Source: Gammaproteobacteria bacterium (GTDB lineage Bacteria; Pseudomonadota; Gammaproteobacteria; Eutrophobiales; Eutrophobiaceae). Taken from it: 64,000 nt of DNA. Shown here in pieces: positions 49,415 to 58,500 of the stretch. Both the position numbers and the translations under genes were made by a program. Position 1 is the stretch's first letter, and every line of letters begins with the position of its first letter. A model generated the notes under the pieces. The model saw only the letters and a list, made by a program, of their open reading frames with translations. It was not told the origin of the DNA and searched no databases. The stretch is from positions 30,727-94,726 of the forward strand of contig QKIY01000009.1 in assembly GCA_003250975.1 (NCBI GenBank), in the 5' to 3' direction.

Positions 49415-50104
49415 TCAGGCATTCCAGCGGTAACCCAGACCATAGACCGTCTCGATGCAGTCAAAATCCTGATCAACAGCGATAAACTTTTTCCTGATCC
49501 TCTTTATATGTGATGTGACTGTCCCTTCATCCACAAAGATTCTTGCTTCACTCATCAATTGCTCCCTGCTCTTCACATGACCCGGTCTGCTGGCAAGGGA
49601 ACAGATGATCCAGAATTCTGTCAATGTCAGGTCAATTTTCCTGTTCTGCCATTCAGCCAGCAGACGGTTTTTATCTATCAAGAGGTTTCCGTGGTGAATA
49701 ATGTCTTCAGCCGGGACTGGGCTACGCAATGCATCAACCCTTCTGAACAAGGCAGCAATCCTGGCCAGCAATTGCGGCAAGGTTATGTCCTTGGTCAGAT
49801 AATCATCTGCGCCGAGCCTGAGACCCGAGATTGTATCCAGGTCAGAGTCCCTCGCTGTGAGAAATATAATCGGAACTGTCTGCGAAAGAACCCGTAGCTC
49901 ACGACAGAGATCAAATCCTCCCTCGTTCTCCTCACCCAGGCCAATATCTATTAGCACCAGGTCAGGCAGGCTCGACTTGAAGTGCCTTAATGCATCCTGT
50001 CGGCTGGAAAAGCTACTCACCCTGTATCCCTGTTTGACCAGGGCATCTGAATAGTTTTCCCGGATAGCTTTTTCGTCTTCAACCAGCGCTACAGTTTTAA
50101 CCAT
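49415..50104 (-). CDS. OmpR/PhoB-family response regulator (PdsR-like).
   Basis: The protein has REC (VALVEDEKAIR...DLVLIDIGL) plus a winged-helix trans_reg_C domain (LTLTEFWIICSLASRPGHVKSREQLM...GLGYRW). The start was taken at the ATG with a GAGGA RBS (MVKTVALVEDE); the ORF track begins 5 codons upstream. Confidence 0.75.
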   Translation of the reverse strand: MVKTVALVEDEKAIRENYSDALVKQGYRVSSFSSRQDALRHFKSSLPDLVLIDIGLGEENEGGFDLCRELRVLSQTVPIIFLTARDSDLDTISGLRLGADDYLTKDITLPQLLARIAALFRRVDALRSPVPAEDIIHHGNLLIDKNRLLAEWQNRKIDLTLTEFWIICSLASRPGHVKSREQLMSEARIFVDEGTVTSHIKRIRKKFIAVDQDFDCIETVYGLGYRWNA

Positions 50105-50291
50105 GCTACATCCTCGCATTACCCCGCTGCCAATTTATAACATTATCAGGGAAAAATATTCCCCCCGCGAACAATTACCATAATTTCGCCATATTTCATC
50201 GTTTCATTTCCCTTTTTTCAGCGCAGTTCCGCCACTGAGAGACGCTTAAATATATCGCTGTAACCCACTTGATTAATACAGGAGAACTGAA

Positions 50292-50999
50292 ATGAAACAT
50301 ACATTCATAACCCTTGCCCTGGTAAGCCTTTTTGCCAGCTCATCCAGCATGGCAGATGAACAGTCAACCCGGGCCATACACGAGACCGCCGGTTTCGGTA
50401 CCGGTGCACTGATAGGCGGACTTATCGCCGGGCCTCCGGGGATTGTCCTTGGTGCCATTGGCGGGACGATTTATGGAAATCGCCAAGGCGAAAAAGAAAA
50501 CCATGTTACCGCAGTAGAAACAAAACTTCAGGACAGGGAAATTGAGCTGGCTCTGGTGAAAAATGAACTTTCACAGACCCGGACTGAATACGCCCGCAAA
50601 TTACAAAAAGCAGCCCTGGGGGACCGGCGTGCCCCGTTGGATAAACTGTCCGATGGTGTGTCCTTATCCGTCTACTTCCGCACCAACGAGAGCATGGTTG
50701 ACGCCGGGTTGAAACCACACCTGCAAAAGCTTGTCACGCTTATCAAGGACATACCGGAAATATCGATCAGCCTGAATGCCTATGCCGATCAACGAGGAGA
50801 CGACTCACATAACCTTGAGTTGAGCCGTGCACGCGCTCATGCAGTTGAGGCCGAACTTATTGAGGCGGGACTGCCCGGCAATCGCATCTACCGGCATGCA
50901 CATGGTGAAAGTAACGCCAAAGCGGCTGAGGGTGATATCGAAGGCTACATCTTTGACCGTCGCGTGGACATTGAACTCACTCTGGATACGGAAGTGTAA
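50292..50999 (+). CDS. OmpA-family protein (PdsO-like component of the dedicated sortase system).
   Basis: The protein has a signal peptide and a glycine-zipper segment (GFGTGALIGGLIAGPPGIVLGAIGGTIYG). The C-terminal OmpA-like peptidoglycan-binding domain has NAYADQRGDDSHNLELSRARA. Confidence 0.7.
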   Translation: MKHTFITLALVSLFASSSSMADEQSTRAIHETAGFGTGALIGGLIAGPPGIVLGAIGGTIYGNRQGEKENHVTAVETKLQDREIELALVKNELSQTRTEYARKLQKAALGDRRAPLDKLSDGVSLSVYFRTNESMVDAGLKPHLQKLVTLIKDIPEISISLNAYADQRGDDSHNLELSRARAHAVEAELIEAGLPGNRIYRHAHGESNAKAAEGDIEGYIFDRRVDIELTLDTEV

Positions 51000-51025
51000 A
51001 CATCAACCGAGCGGAACAAGCCGAT

Positions 51026-53149
51026 ATGAAGATCAATAAAACACACCTGCTGGCGAATACTGTGCTGTGTATCCTGGAGAGTCTCCTTGCAGCGATTATA
51101 GGCACTGTATTTCTGGTGTTGCTTGTCCTGTTGCTGTCAGGCGTCGCCAGCGCCGAAACCACGGAAGGTTTGGCTGCAACGGACATCATCACTGTGCGTG
51201 ACGCCGGGGAAGTCACACGCGGTACCCTGTTATTCCGACACTCAGAAAATTTCCGCAGCGCCCCGATCCTAGAAACCGGGGTCCAGATGGATATCACGGG
51301 GATGATTGTCCGTGTCAGGGTGCGGCAACGCTTTCACAACCCTGACACGGTCTGGCAGGAAGGGATCTACGTATTCCCACTACCGGAAGATGCCGCAGTG
51401 GATCATCTGCGCATGCAGATCGGCGAGCGTGTGATTGAAGGACAAATCAGGGAAAAAGAAACTGCAAGGAAAGAATATCAGCAGGCGCGCGACAGCGGTA
51501 AAAAGGCCAGCCTGGTAGAACAGGAACGTCCGAATATCTTCACCACCTCGGTGGCAAATATCGCACCGGAGGAAGAGATCACGGTAGAGATCGAGTACCA
51601 GCAGACAGTACGTTATGACTCGGGTGAATTTCGCCTGCGTTTCCCGATGGTCGTGGCACCACGCTATATCCCTGGCAAGACAGTTATAAAAGGGTTCAGC
51701 GGCACTGGCTGGGCGGTCAACACGGATCAGGTCGAGGATGCGGCCCGCATCACTCCCCCTGTCCTGTATCCCGACGAGAGGTTAATCAATCCCGTGATGA
51801 TCAGGATAAAACTCAATGCAGGATTCCCGCTGGAACAGATCACCAGTTCCTACCACAACATCCTGATCGATCAAATCGACTCTTCTACGTACAACATTCA
51901 ATTGGAGCAACAGACCATGGCAGATCGCGACTTTGAACTTTACTGGCTGCCTGAATCGAAAGACGCACCCCAGGCCGCCTTCTTCAGGGAACATCAGAAA
52001 AGCAGGGATTACGGACTGATCATGATGCTCCCACCAATGCAAGAGCGTGCCGAGACCCTGAACCGCGAGGTGATCTTTGTTATAGATACCTCAGGTTCAA
52101 TGGCAGGCACTTCCATCGTGCAAGCCAAGGCGGCCCTGGTTCTGGCACTCGAACGTCTGAAACCGGGTGACAGTTTCAATATCATTGAATTCAATTCAAA
52201 CACCAGCCAATTATTCAACTGGCCCCACCCGTTCAATCACCAGTCATTGCGGCAAGCAAAAGAATATGTGCGTCGTTTACAGGCAGATGGCGGTACCGAG
52301 ATGTTACCAGCCCTGGATTTGGCACTGACAGATAACAATGATCGTTCAGCGGTCAGACAGGTGATCTTTCTCACCGACGGCAGCATCGGCAATGAGAATG
52401 CCCTGTTTCGAACCATCAGCCGGAAACTGGGCAGGAGTCGCTTGTTCACCATCGGTATTGGCTCCGCGCCTAATTCACACTTCATGACCCGCGCCGCCCG
52501 ATTCGGACGCGGAACCTATACGTACATCGGCGATGTGAATGAAGTGCAGGAAAAAATGGCCACCCTGTTCAGTAAACTGGAAAGTCCGGTACTTACCGAC
52601 ATCCAGATAGACTGGCAAGGCGCCGATAATGTTGAAGCCTGGCCGCAAAAGATCCCGGACCTCTACCTGGGCGAACCACTGCTGGTCAGTGTCGCGTCCA
52701 CTACTCTACCGGAAAAAATAAATATCTCTGGCGTCGTCTCCGGTGCGCTCTGGCAAAGCACCATGCAACTCGACGGCCATGGTCAGCATGACGGGGTCCA
52801 TGTCCTCTGGGCGCGCAAGAAGATTGCAGCGCTCATGGATAACCTTAACCAGGTCTCGGAAAAAAATTCCCTGCGGCAGGAGATCATTGATACCGCCCTT
52901 CGCCATCATCTGGTAAGCCGCTTCACCAGTCTGGTCGCCATTGATGTTACGACGGCGAGAGATAAAGGCGTTCCGTTCCACTCTTCTGCCTTGCCAGTCA
53001 ACCTTCCTGAAGGATGGAAATATGAAAAGGTGTTCGGCCAGTTGCCACGCACAGCAACCGATGCCGAGCAGAAAATACTGATCGGGCTGTTGCTATTGTT
53101 GTTCAGTGTGTTCCTCGTACTGGGCCGCCACTATGTCTTACCCGACTAA
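51026..53149 (+). CDS. Sortase target protein of the marine-proteobacterial type, with VIT and von Willebrand factor A domains and a C-terminal LPxTG-like sorting signal.
   Basis: The 707-aa protein has a signal peptide, a VIT domain, and a vWA domain with the MIDAS motif (DTSGSM). The C-terminus is ...GQLPRTATDAEQKILIGLLLLLFSVFLVLGRHYVLPD: LPRTAT, then a hydrophobic TM segment, then a charged tail. Confidence 0.75.
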   Translation: MKINKTHLLANTVLCILESLLAAIIGTVFLVLLVLLLSGVASAETTEGLAATDIITVRDAGEVTRGTLLFRHSENFRSAPILETGVQMDITGMIVRVRVRQRFHNPDTVWQEGIYVFPLPEDAAVDHLRMQIGERVIEGQIREKETARKEYQQARDSGKKASLVEQERPNIFTTSVANIAPEEEITVEIEYQQTVRYDSGEFRLRFPMVVAPRYIPGKTVIKGFSGTGWAVNTDQVEDAARITPPVLYPDERLINPVMIRIKLNAGFPLEQITSSYHNILIDQIDSSTYNIQLEQQTMADRDFELYWLPESKDAPQAAFFREHQKSRDYGLIMMLPPMQERAETLNREVIFVIDTSGSMAGTSIVQAKAALVLALERLKPGDSFNIIEFNSNTSQLFNWPHPFNHQSLRQAKEYVRRLQADGGTEMLPALDLALTDNNDRSAVRQVIFLTDGSIGNENALFRTISRKLGRSRLFTIGIGSAPNSHFMTRAARFGRGTYTYIGDVNEVQEKMATLFSKLESPVLTDIQIDWQGADNVEAWPQKIPDLYLGEPLLVSVASTTLPEKINISGVVSGALWQSTMQLDGHGQHDGVHVLWARKKIAALMDNLNQVSEKNSLRQEIIDTALRHHLVSRFTSLVAIDVTTARDKGVPFHSSALPVNLPEGWKYEKVFGQLPRTATDAEQKILIGLLLLLFSVFLVLGRHYVLPD

Positions 53150-53759
53150 AAAAATGCTGTACCTCTGTTTACTCACCACCCTCTCCTTTTGCGGCTTGTG
53201 GCAGATGGGACAGGGCACCTATATCCACGCCAAGGCAATCCTCGCGCAATACCTCCTCGAGTCGGCCTGGTCAGAAACACTGCTGGGGGTAAAGAAGGAG
53301 GTGAAACCATGGCCCTGGGCAGATACCTGGCCAGTCAGCCGGCTCACCGCACTCCGCCTTGGAATCAGCCGCATCGTCCTGGCCGGGGCAAGTGGTTCAT
53401 CACTTGCCTTCGGCCCAGGACATCTTTTTGGCACAGCCTATCCAGGTGAACAGGGTAATAGTGTAATTGCTGGGCACAGGGATACACATTTCCGGTTTTT
53501 ACAACAGCTGACAGACGGCGACATCCTGCAACTTGAGACGGAAGACGGAACCAACAGGCAATACCAGGTTATCCAGACTCGGGTTATTCACGAGAGCGAG
53601 GTGCAATATCTGCAAGAAACACCTGATAACCGATTAACACTGATTACCTGTTTCCCCTTTAACAGCCCCACTCCGGGCGGACCTCTGCGCTTCGTGGTAA
53701 TCGCCATGGAGCTACCAAGGACCGCAAATGGTACTCACACACATGATTCATTGATCTGA
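53133..53759 (+). CDS. Sortase of the class found in the proteobacterial dedicated sortase system.
   Basis: The protein has a catalytic His (VIAGHRDTHF), the catalytic Cys in TLITCFPF and a conserved Arg (LRFVVIAM). The start was taken at the ATG overlapping the target-gene end; the ORF-track start is an upstream GTG. Confidence 0.8.
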   Translation: MSYPTKKMLYLCLLTTLSFCGLWQMGQGTYIHAKAILAQYLLESAWSETLLGVKKEVKPWPWADTWPVSRLTALRLGISRIVLAGASGSSLAFGPGHLFGTAYPGEQGNSVIAGHRDTHFRFLQQLTDGDILQLETEDGTNRQYQVIQTRVIHESEVQYLQETPDNRLTLITCFPFNSPTPGGPLRFVVIAMELPRTANGTHTHDSLI

Positions 53760-53808
53760 TATATTAGGCGCCGAAACATTTATTCATTGCCTGAAAAGGA
53801 GAATCCTA

Positions 53809-54600
53809 ATGGAAACAATCGGCGTTAATTTCCTGATTAATTTTGCAACAGCCTTGGCCATTCTGGTTATCGGTTGGTGGGTCGCGAAACTGGTCCGCAA
53901 ACTAATCGTCAATATCATGGAAAGCAAAGATATTGATGCCTTGCTGGTGTCATTCACAAGTAACGTGTCCTATATTGCCCTGCTGGCCTTTGTCATTATC
54001 GCCGCTCTCGGTGAACTCGGCGTGCAGACAACTTCTTTTGTGGCTATTATCGGTGCGGCCGGTCTGGCGATTGGTCTTTCATTGCAGGGATCACTGTCCA
54101 ATTTCGCCTCAGGTATCATGATTATCTTCTTTCGCCCCTTCAAGGTCGGCGATTTTATCGAAGCCGGCGGCGTCAGCGGTATAGTGGAAGGCATACAAAT
54201 CTTTTCAACCCAGATGCGCACAGGTGATAACAAGGCGATCATCGTCCCGAATTCCAGTATTACCGGCGGCAATATCACCAACTATTCTGCCAAGGACACA
54301 CGCCGTATTGATCTGGTATTCGGCATTGGCTACGGCGACGATATCAAATCGGCAAAACAAATTCTGGAAGCAATCATCGCGCAGGACGAACGCATCCTGA
54401 AAGACCCTGCCCCCATCGTTGCCGTCTCGGAACTCGGTGAGAGCAGTGTTAACTTTGTTGTCCGCCCCTGGGTAAAGACTGAAGACTACTGGGATGTCTA
54501 CTGGGACCTGACGGAAAAGGTTAAATTGAGATTCGATGCGGAAGGCATCAGTATACCGTTCCCGCAACGTGATGTGCATGTCCACCAGGTGGCCGCCTGA
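53809..54600 (+). CDS. Small-conductance mechanosensitive channel (MscS family).
   Basis: The protein has three TM helices and an MscS beta-domain. An AAAGGAG RBS is present. Confidence 0.85.
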   Translation: METIGVNFLINFATALAILVIGWWVAKLVRKLIVNIMESKDIDALLVSFTSNVSYIALLAFVIIAALGELGVQTTSFVAIIGAAGLAIGLSLQGSLSNFASGIMIIFFRPFKVGDFIEAGGVSGIVEGIQIFSTQMRTGDNKAIIVPNSSITGGNITNYSAKDTRRIDLVFGIGYGDDIKSAKQILEAIIAQDERILKDPAPIVAVSELGESSVNFVVRPWVKTEDYWDVYWDLTEKVKLRFDAEGISIPFPQRDVHVHQVAA

Positions 54601-54624
54601 TCCGGCATGACGGAAAATAAGCCA

Positions 54625-55437
54625 CTAGGTCTGGCTGTCTTCCTCCCTGCCATATAGTTCTAGATATTCCCTGGCCCGCTCGCGGGCCAGGGCAAGGTCA
54701 TCAGGGTCCATCTTGGATTCCAGGATCGCAATATTCAGGCCGGCTTGCTCCGCGCCACCCGCTTCCGCCAGCTTGAACCAGGCATAGGACTCTATCCAGT
54801 CCTTCTCCACTCCCTGGCCGTCATGGTACATTGCGCCAAGACTGTTCTGTGCCTCAGCCAGACCCTGCTCCGCCGCTTTCCTGTACCAGAAAACGGCTCT
54901 CTCAAAATCCTGTTTCACACCCTTTCCGAGAAAATACATCAGGCCCAGGTTGTTTTGCGCCCTTTCACCCCCCAGGTCTGCAGCCCTGCGCCACCATTTA
55001 ATAGCCTCTTCAATATCCGGATCGATCCCATCCCCATGGTAATAGATCAGGGCCAGGTTCTGCTGGGAATCAATGTAATCTTTCGCTGCTGCCCGTTTAT
55101 ACCATTCAACCGCCTTGGGAACATCGCGGGGGACCGTAATGCCATTATGGTAGAATAGCGCTACATTGTGGGCTGATCCGGCAGACCCCTGCATTGCCGC
55201 CTGTTTATACAGGGTCAATGCCTTGGCATAGTCCTGATCTACTCCCTGCCCCTCCCGGTACATGTTGGCAAGATAATACTGTGACTTCATATCGCCTTCC
55301 TCGGCCAGGAGGGTAAACCCATCAAGGGCCGCAGCATAGTCTCCGGCGGTATAGGCCTTATAAGCCTGGTCATATTCTGTCCCGGCATACAGGGATGCGG
55401 ACATTAGGGATATCAAAATCAGGAAGAGTGCTTTCAT
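54625..55437 (-). CDS. Secreted Sel1-like repeat protein.
   Basis: The protein has the signal peptide MKALFLILISLMSASLYA|G, from an internal ATG with an AGGA RBS. It has about 6 Sel1 repeats (AQxNLGxMYxxGxGVxxD...). The ORF track begins 19 codons upstream. Confidence 0.75.
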   Translation of the reverse strand: MKALFLILISLMSASLYAGTEYDQAYKAYTAGDYAAALDGFTLLAEEGDMKSQYYLANMYREGQGVDQDYAKALTLYKQAAMQGSAGSAHNVALFYHNGITVPRDVPKAVEWYKRAAAKDYIDSQQNLALIYYHGDGIDPDIEEAIKWWRRAADLGGERAQNNLGLMYFLGKGVKQDFERAVFWYRKAAEQGLAEAQNSLGAMYHDGQGVEKDWIESYAWFKLAEAGGAEQAGLNIAILESKMDPDDLALARERAREYLELYGREEDSQT

Positions 55438-55549
55438 CGAGCATTCCTGTGATTTACATAGAAGGGACAATGATAAGTAGTATAACCACGACATGGACGT
55501 GAAAGGCTTTGGTATTGATCCGCTCCCATCATAGGTTCCCCTGAGAAAC

Positions 55550-56197
55550 CTATAGTAATCGATAGATTAACTGTTCCAGGCCGAAGATTACCGGCCCGAT
55601 AATACGGGCAAGTACTCCTGTTACCAGAAGAACCAGCAGGATAACCAATCCCGCCGGTTCCAGCTTGGCATATTCCCTTGCCAGCTCCGGTGGCAGGAGT
55701 GCCGTCATTACCCTGCCTCCATCCAGGGGCAGCAACGGGAACAGGTTTAATACCATTAATACAATATTTATTACGATCCCGATTTTTACCATCGTCAGCA
55801 TAAACGGCCCCAGCCAGGAAGCATCCATACCCGTTACCAGGATCAGTTTTGCAATGACTGCCCAGATAAACATCATCAGGAGATTGGCCGCCGGACCGGC
55901 GGCGGCAACCAGAGCCATATCACGCCGGGGGCGGCCCAGCCTCTGGAAATTTACCGGGACGGGTTTGGCCCAGCCAAAGATAAAACCACCCAGCCAGGCC
56001 AGTAGCAGGGGCAACAGGATGGTCCCCACCGGATCGATATGCCTTATCGGGTTGAGGGTAAGACGACCCATCATCTTCGCCGTTGGATCTCCCAGATTAT
56101 TGGCCACCCAGCCATGTGCCACTTCGTGCACTGTAATGGCAAACAGGATCGGGATCCCCCAGGCAATAATGGTTTCGATTAATCCAAGTTCAGGCAT
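55550..56197 (-). CDS. Site-2 protease (peptidase M50) family membrane metalloprotease.
   Basis: The protein has the HEVAHG zinc motif in its first TM helix and is a multi-TM protein. Confidence 0.75.
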   Translation of the reverse strand: MPELGLIETIIAWGIPILFAITVHEVAHGWVANNLGDPTAKMMGRLTLNPIRHIDPVGTILLPLLLAWLGGFIFGWAKPVPVNFQRLGRPRRDMALVAAAGPAANLLMMFIWAVIAKLILVTGMDASWLGPFMLTMVKIGIVINIVLMVLNLFPLLPLDGGRVMTALLPPELAREYAKLEPAGLVILLVLLVTGVLARIIGPVIFGLEQLIYRLL

Positions 56198-56343
56198 ATG
56201 GAAATATCAGTGCAATTGCTCCCTGGCAATATTGGTCCAGTGTTTTTCTTCTGCCTGTAATACTTCGGGGCGCGTTTCACCCTGATAATTAACGGGACCC
56301 CGAGTATGGGCATATACGGCAAGCTTCTTCCATCGTAACAGGC

Positions 56344-57147
56344 TTATTCGGTATCCTTTCCTGGCGAGATAAAATCATGCAACGACGTATCCGCCAGGTG
56401 GGTAGGTATAACATTCTGTATACTGGCAAAGATAGTCTCGATCCTGCCCGGATATTTCCTGTCCCAGTCTCTTAGCATGCTCTTGATCGCCTGGCGTTGC
56501 AGGTTATCTTGAGAGCCACACAGGGTGCAGGGGATTATTGGAAACTGCTTGTACTCCGCGTAGTCCTTGATATCTGTCTCCTTGCAATAGGCCAGCGGGC
56601 GAATAACGATATTCTCGCCATCATCACTCAGCAGCTTGGGCGGCATGGCCTTGAGCTTGCCACCATAAAACATGTTCAGAAATAAGGTTTCAATAATATC
56701 GTCGCGGTGGTGGCCCAGTGCAATTTTGTTAAAACCATTTTTCTTCGCAAAATTGTACAACACGCCCCGCCGCAACCTTGAACAAAGACCGCACATGGTC
56801 TTGCCCTCGGGGACCACATTCTTTACCACGCTGTAGGTATCCTGCTCCAGGATATGGAACGGCACGCCACGCCCGGTGAGATACTCCGGCAGGACGTGCT
56901 CCGGGTAACCCGGTTGTTTCTGATCGAGATTTACGGCCACCAGTTCATACCTTACCGGTGCATATTGTTGCAGGCTGAGCAGGATATCCAGCATCGTATA
57001 GGAATCTGCCCCGCCTGACAGGCAAACCATAATCCTGTCACCGTCCTCTATCAGATTAAAATCCTCGATGGCCCGGCCGACATTCCGGTGCAGACGTTTC
57101 TGCACCTTGTTATGGTTATAAGTCTCTTTTCTGGCAACTGCTTTCAT
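56344..57147 (-). CDS. ttcA: tRNA 2-thiocytidine(32) synthetase TtcA.
   Basis: The protein has a PP-loop (VCLSGGADS) and Fe-S Cys motifs ([18 protein letters not shown]). Confidence 0.9.
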   Translation of the reverse strand: MKAVARKETYNHNKVQKRLHRNVGRAIEDFNLIEDGDRIMVCLSGGADSYTMLDILLSLQQYAPVRYELVAVNLDQKQPGYPEHVLPEYLTGRGVPFHILEQDTYSVVKNVVPEGKTMCGLCSRLRRGVLYNFAKKNGFNKIALGHHRDDIIETLFLNMFYGGKLKAMPPKLLSDDGENIVIRPLAYCKETDIKDYAEYKQFPIIPCTLCGSQDNLQRQAIKSMLRDWDRKYPGRIETIFASIQNVIPTHLADTSLHDFISPGKDTE

Positions 57148-57156
57148 GCTGATCGA

Positions 57157-57549
57157 TCAGATTTTGTTCATTCCACAGGGATAGTTCTTGTGCAGGGCTT
57201 CGGTCACCAGGATATAGGCGTCTTCACTGAGGCGTTCAGGGTATTTTTTCAGCCAGTTGGTGGTTGTCTCGGTGACTTCCTGGAGACTCACCTGTTGCGG
57301 GTCAATACAAAATACCTTTTGTGAAGGGTCAACTTGCTGGAATGAATCCACAACCTGCACCAGACCGAAGATATAACGCATGCAATATTGATTGGGTGCG
57401 CCCGGCGCGGCCCCTTCCGCACAGCCGTCTAGTAATTCCTGCCCTGACAGGGCCTCTTCTTCCACAGCATCCGCTTCCTCCGCTAAAACGGGGACGGACA
57501 GAGCCAGTAACAGGGCCAGGGCCAGGCTTGAATGTAACAAGTATTTCAT
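57157..57549 (-). CDS. Small secreted 4-Cys hypothetical protein (possibly a Rap1a/Tai4-like periplasmic fold).
   Basis: An internal ATG with an AGGA RBS gives the signal peptide MKYLLHSSLALALLLALSVPVLA|EE. The mature part is ~108 aa with 4 Cys. The ORF-track start is a TTG 21 codons upstream. The family call is a guess. Confidence 0.4.
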   Translation of the reverse strand: MKYLLHSSLALALLLALSVPVLAEEADAVEEEALSGQELLDGCAEGAAPGAPNQYCMRYIFGLVQVVDSFQQVDPSQKVFCIDPQQVSLQEVTETTTNWLKKYPERLSEDAYILVTEALHKNYPCGMNKI

Positions 57550-57734
57550 TGAGAGTTCCTGATTAAATAACCGTTGGATTCTATCATCTGTCGGATCGCC
57601 GGAAAAATACAATTCTCCGGGTTTATATGACTGGTACTGATATTAAACTGCGACGAGACTTCAAAATTTTGCTCATCAAGGCAATCGACCATTTGAGCTG
57701 AAAAGAGTTCCGGTGAATCCCGGGCTACAGACCA

Positions 57735-57923
57735 CTAGCCCCGGGCAATTAAGATCAGGATAATAACGAATAAAACCACTAGCCCTATGGGGATGAGTGC
57801 GCCCTGCCAGTCCGGGTTCTCGGCCTCCTTGCTTCTCTGCATGGCTGCCCTTGCGCCGGGCCAGAAGATAAAAACCAGGATGGCGGCAGCCAATCCCAAT
57901 AACACCTGTTCCCAAATCTGCAT
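57735..57923 (-). CDS. Small two-TM membrane protein (62 aa).
   Basis: The protein has a strong GAGGAG RBS and two hydrophobic helices. It is DUF2897-like. Confidence 0.5.
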   Translation of the reverse strand: MQIWEQVLLGLAAAILVFIFWPGARAAMQRSKEAENPDWQGALIPIGLVVLFVIILILIARG

Positions 57924-57990
57924 TTGATCTCCTCATGGGTAAATTGCCAGTACAATAACACATCAATATTAGGGGCGCTCTTATCAGAAC

Positions 57991-58015
57991 TATAAAAAAC
58001 CCCGCTCTGGCGGGG
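57991..58015 (-). terminator. Rho-independent terminator of the csp gene.
   Basis: On the minus strand the hairpin CCCCGC-CAGA-GCGGGG is followed by TTTTTTAT. Confidence 0.55.
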
Positions 58016-58042
58016 TCAAGAGGAAAATCTGGCAGGGCATAT

Positions 58043-58249
58043 CTATTTTTCAACTTCCACATCAACGGCATGCGCCCCTTTTGGTCCTGTCTCGATCTCG
58101 AATGTTACGCTCTGACCTTCAGAGAGAGTGCGGAACCCTTCTGCCTTAATAGCGGTATAATGTACAAACACATCATCACCCCCGCCCTCAGGTGCGATAA
58201 ACCCGAAACCTTTGGACTCGTTAAACCACTTGACAATACCTTTACTCAT
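58043..58249 (-). CDS. cspA: Cold-shock protein, CspA family.
   Basis: The 68-aa protein begins [34 protein letters not shown]... and has the RNP1/RNP2 motifs. A GGAGG RBS is present. The ORF track adds 7 upstream codons. Confidence 0.9.
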   Translation of the reverse strand: MSKGIVKWFNESKGFGFIAPEGGGDDVFVHYTAIKAEGFRTLSEGQSVTFEIETGPKGAHAVDVEVEK

Positions 58250-58500
58250 ACAGACTCCCTCCCCAAACAAATTGATGGATTACATGCAGCAGATGGCAGA
58301 ACGGTGTTTAAAGATACGGCGAGACCCCAGAGGATACATCCGATACCAAGCACAACTGACTACCCGACTACATATGGGGAAAGAATAGAACAAAGTTTCT
58401 GGAATAGCCATGTATTGCACGCCAGATAGATGTAAAAAAAAACAGGCCCACGGCCATTTTTCCCGATCAGCCGGCAGCAATTAAATCGAGACAGGCCTGA

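Noticed and set aside
58280-58480. A 66-aa minus-strand ORF between csp and cfa.
   Set aside because: It lies in the expected long cold-shock leader, is Cys/Trp-rich with no RBS, and resembles no family. It is more likely non-coding UTR.
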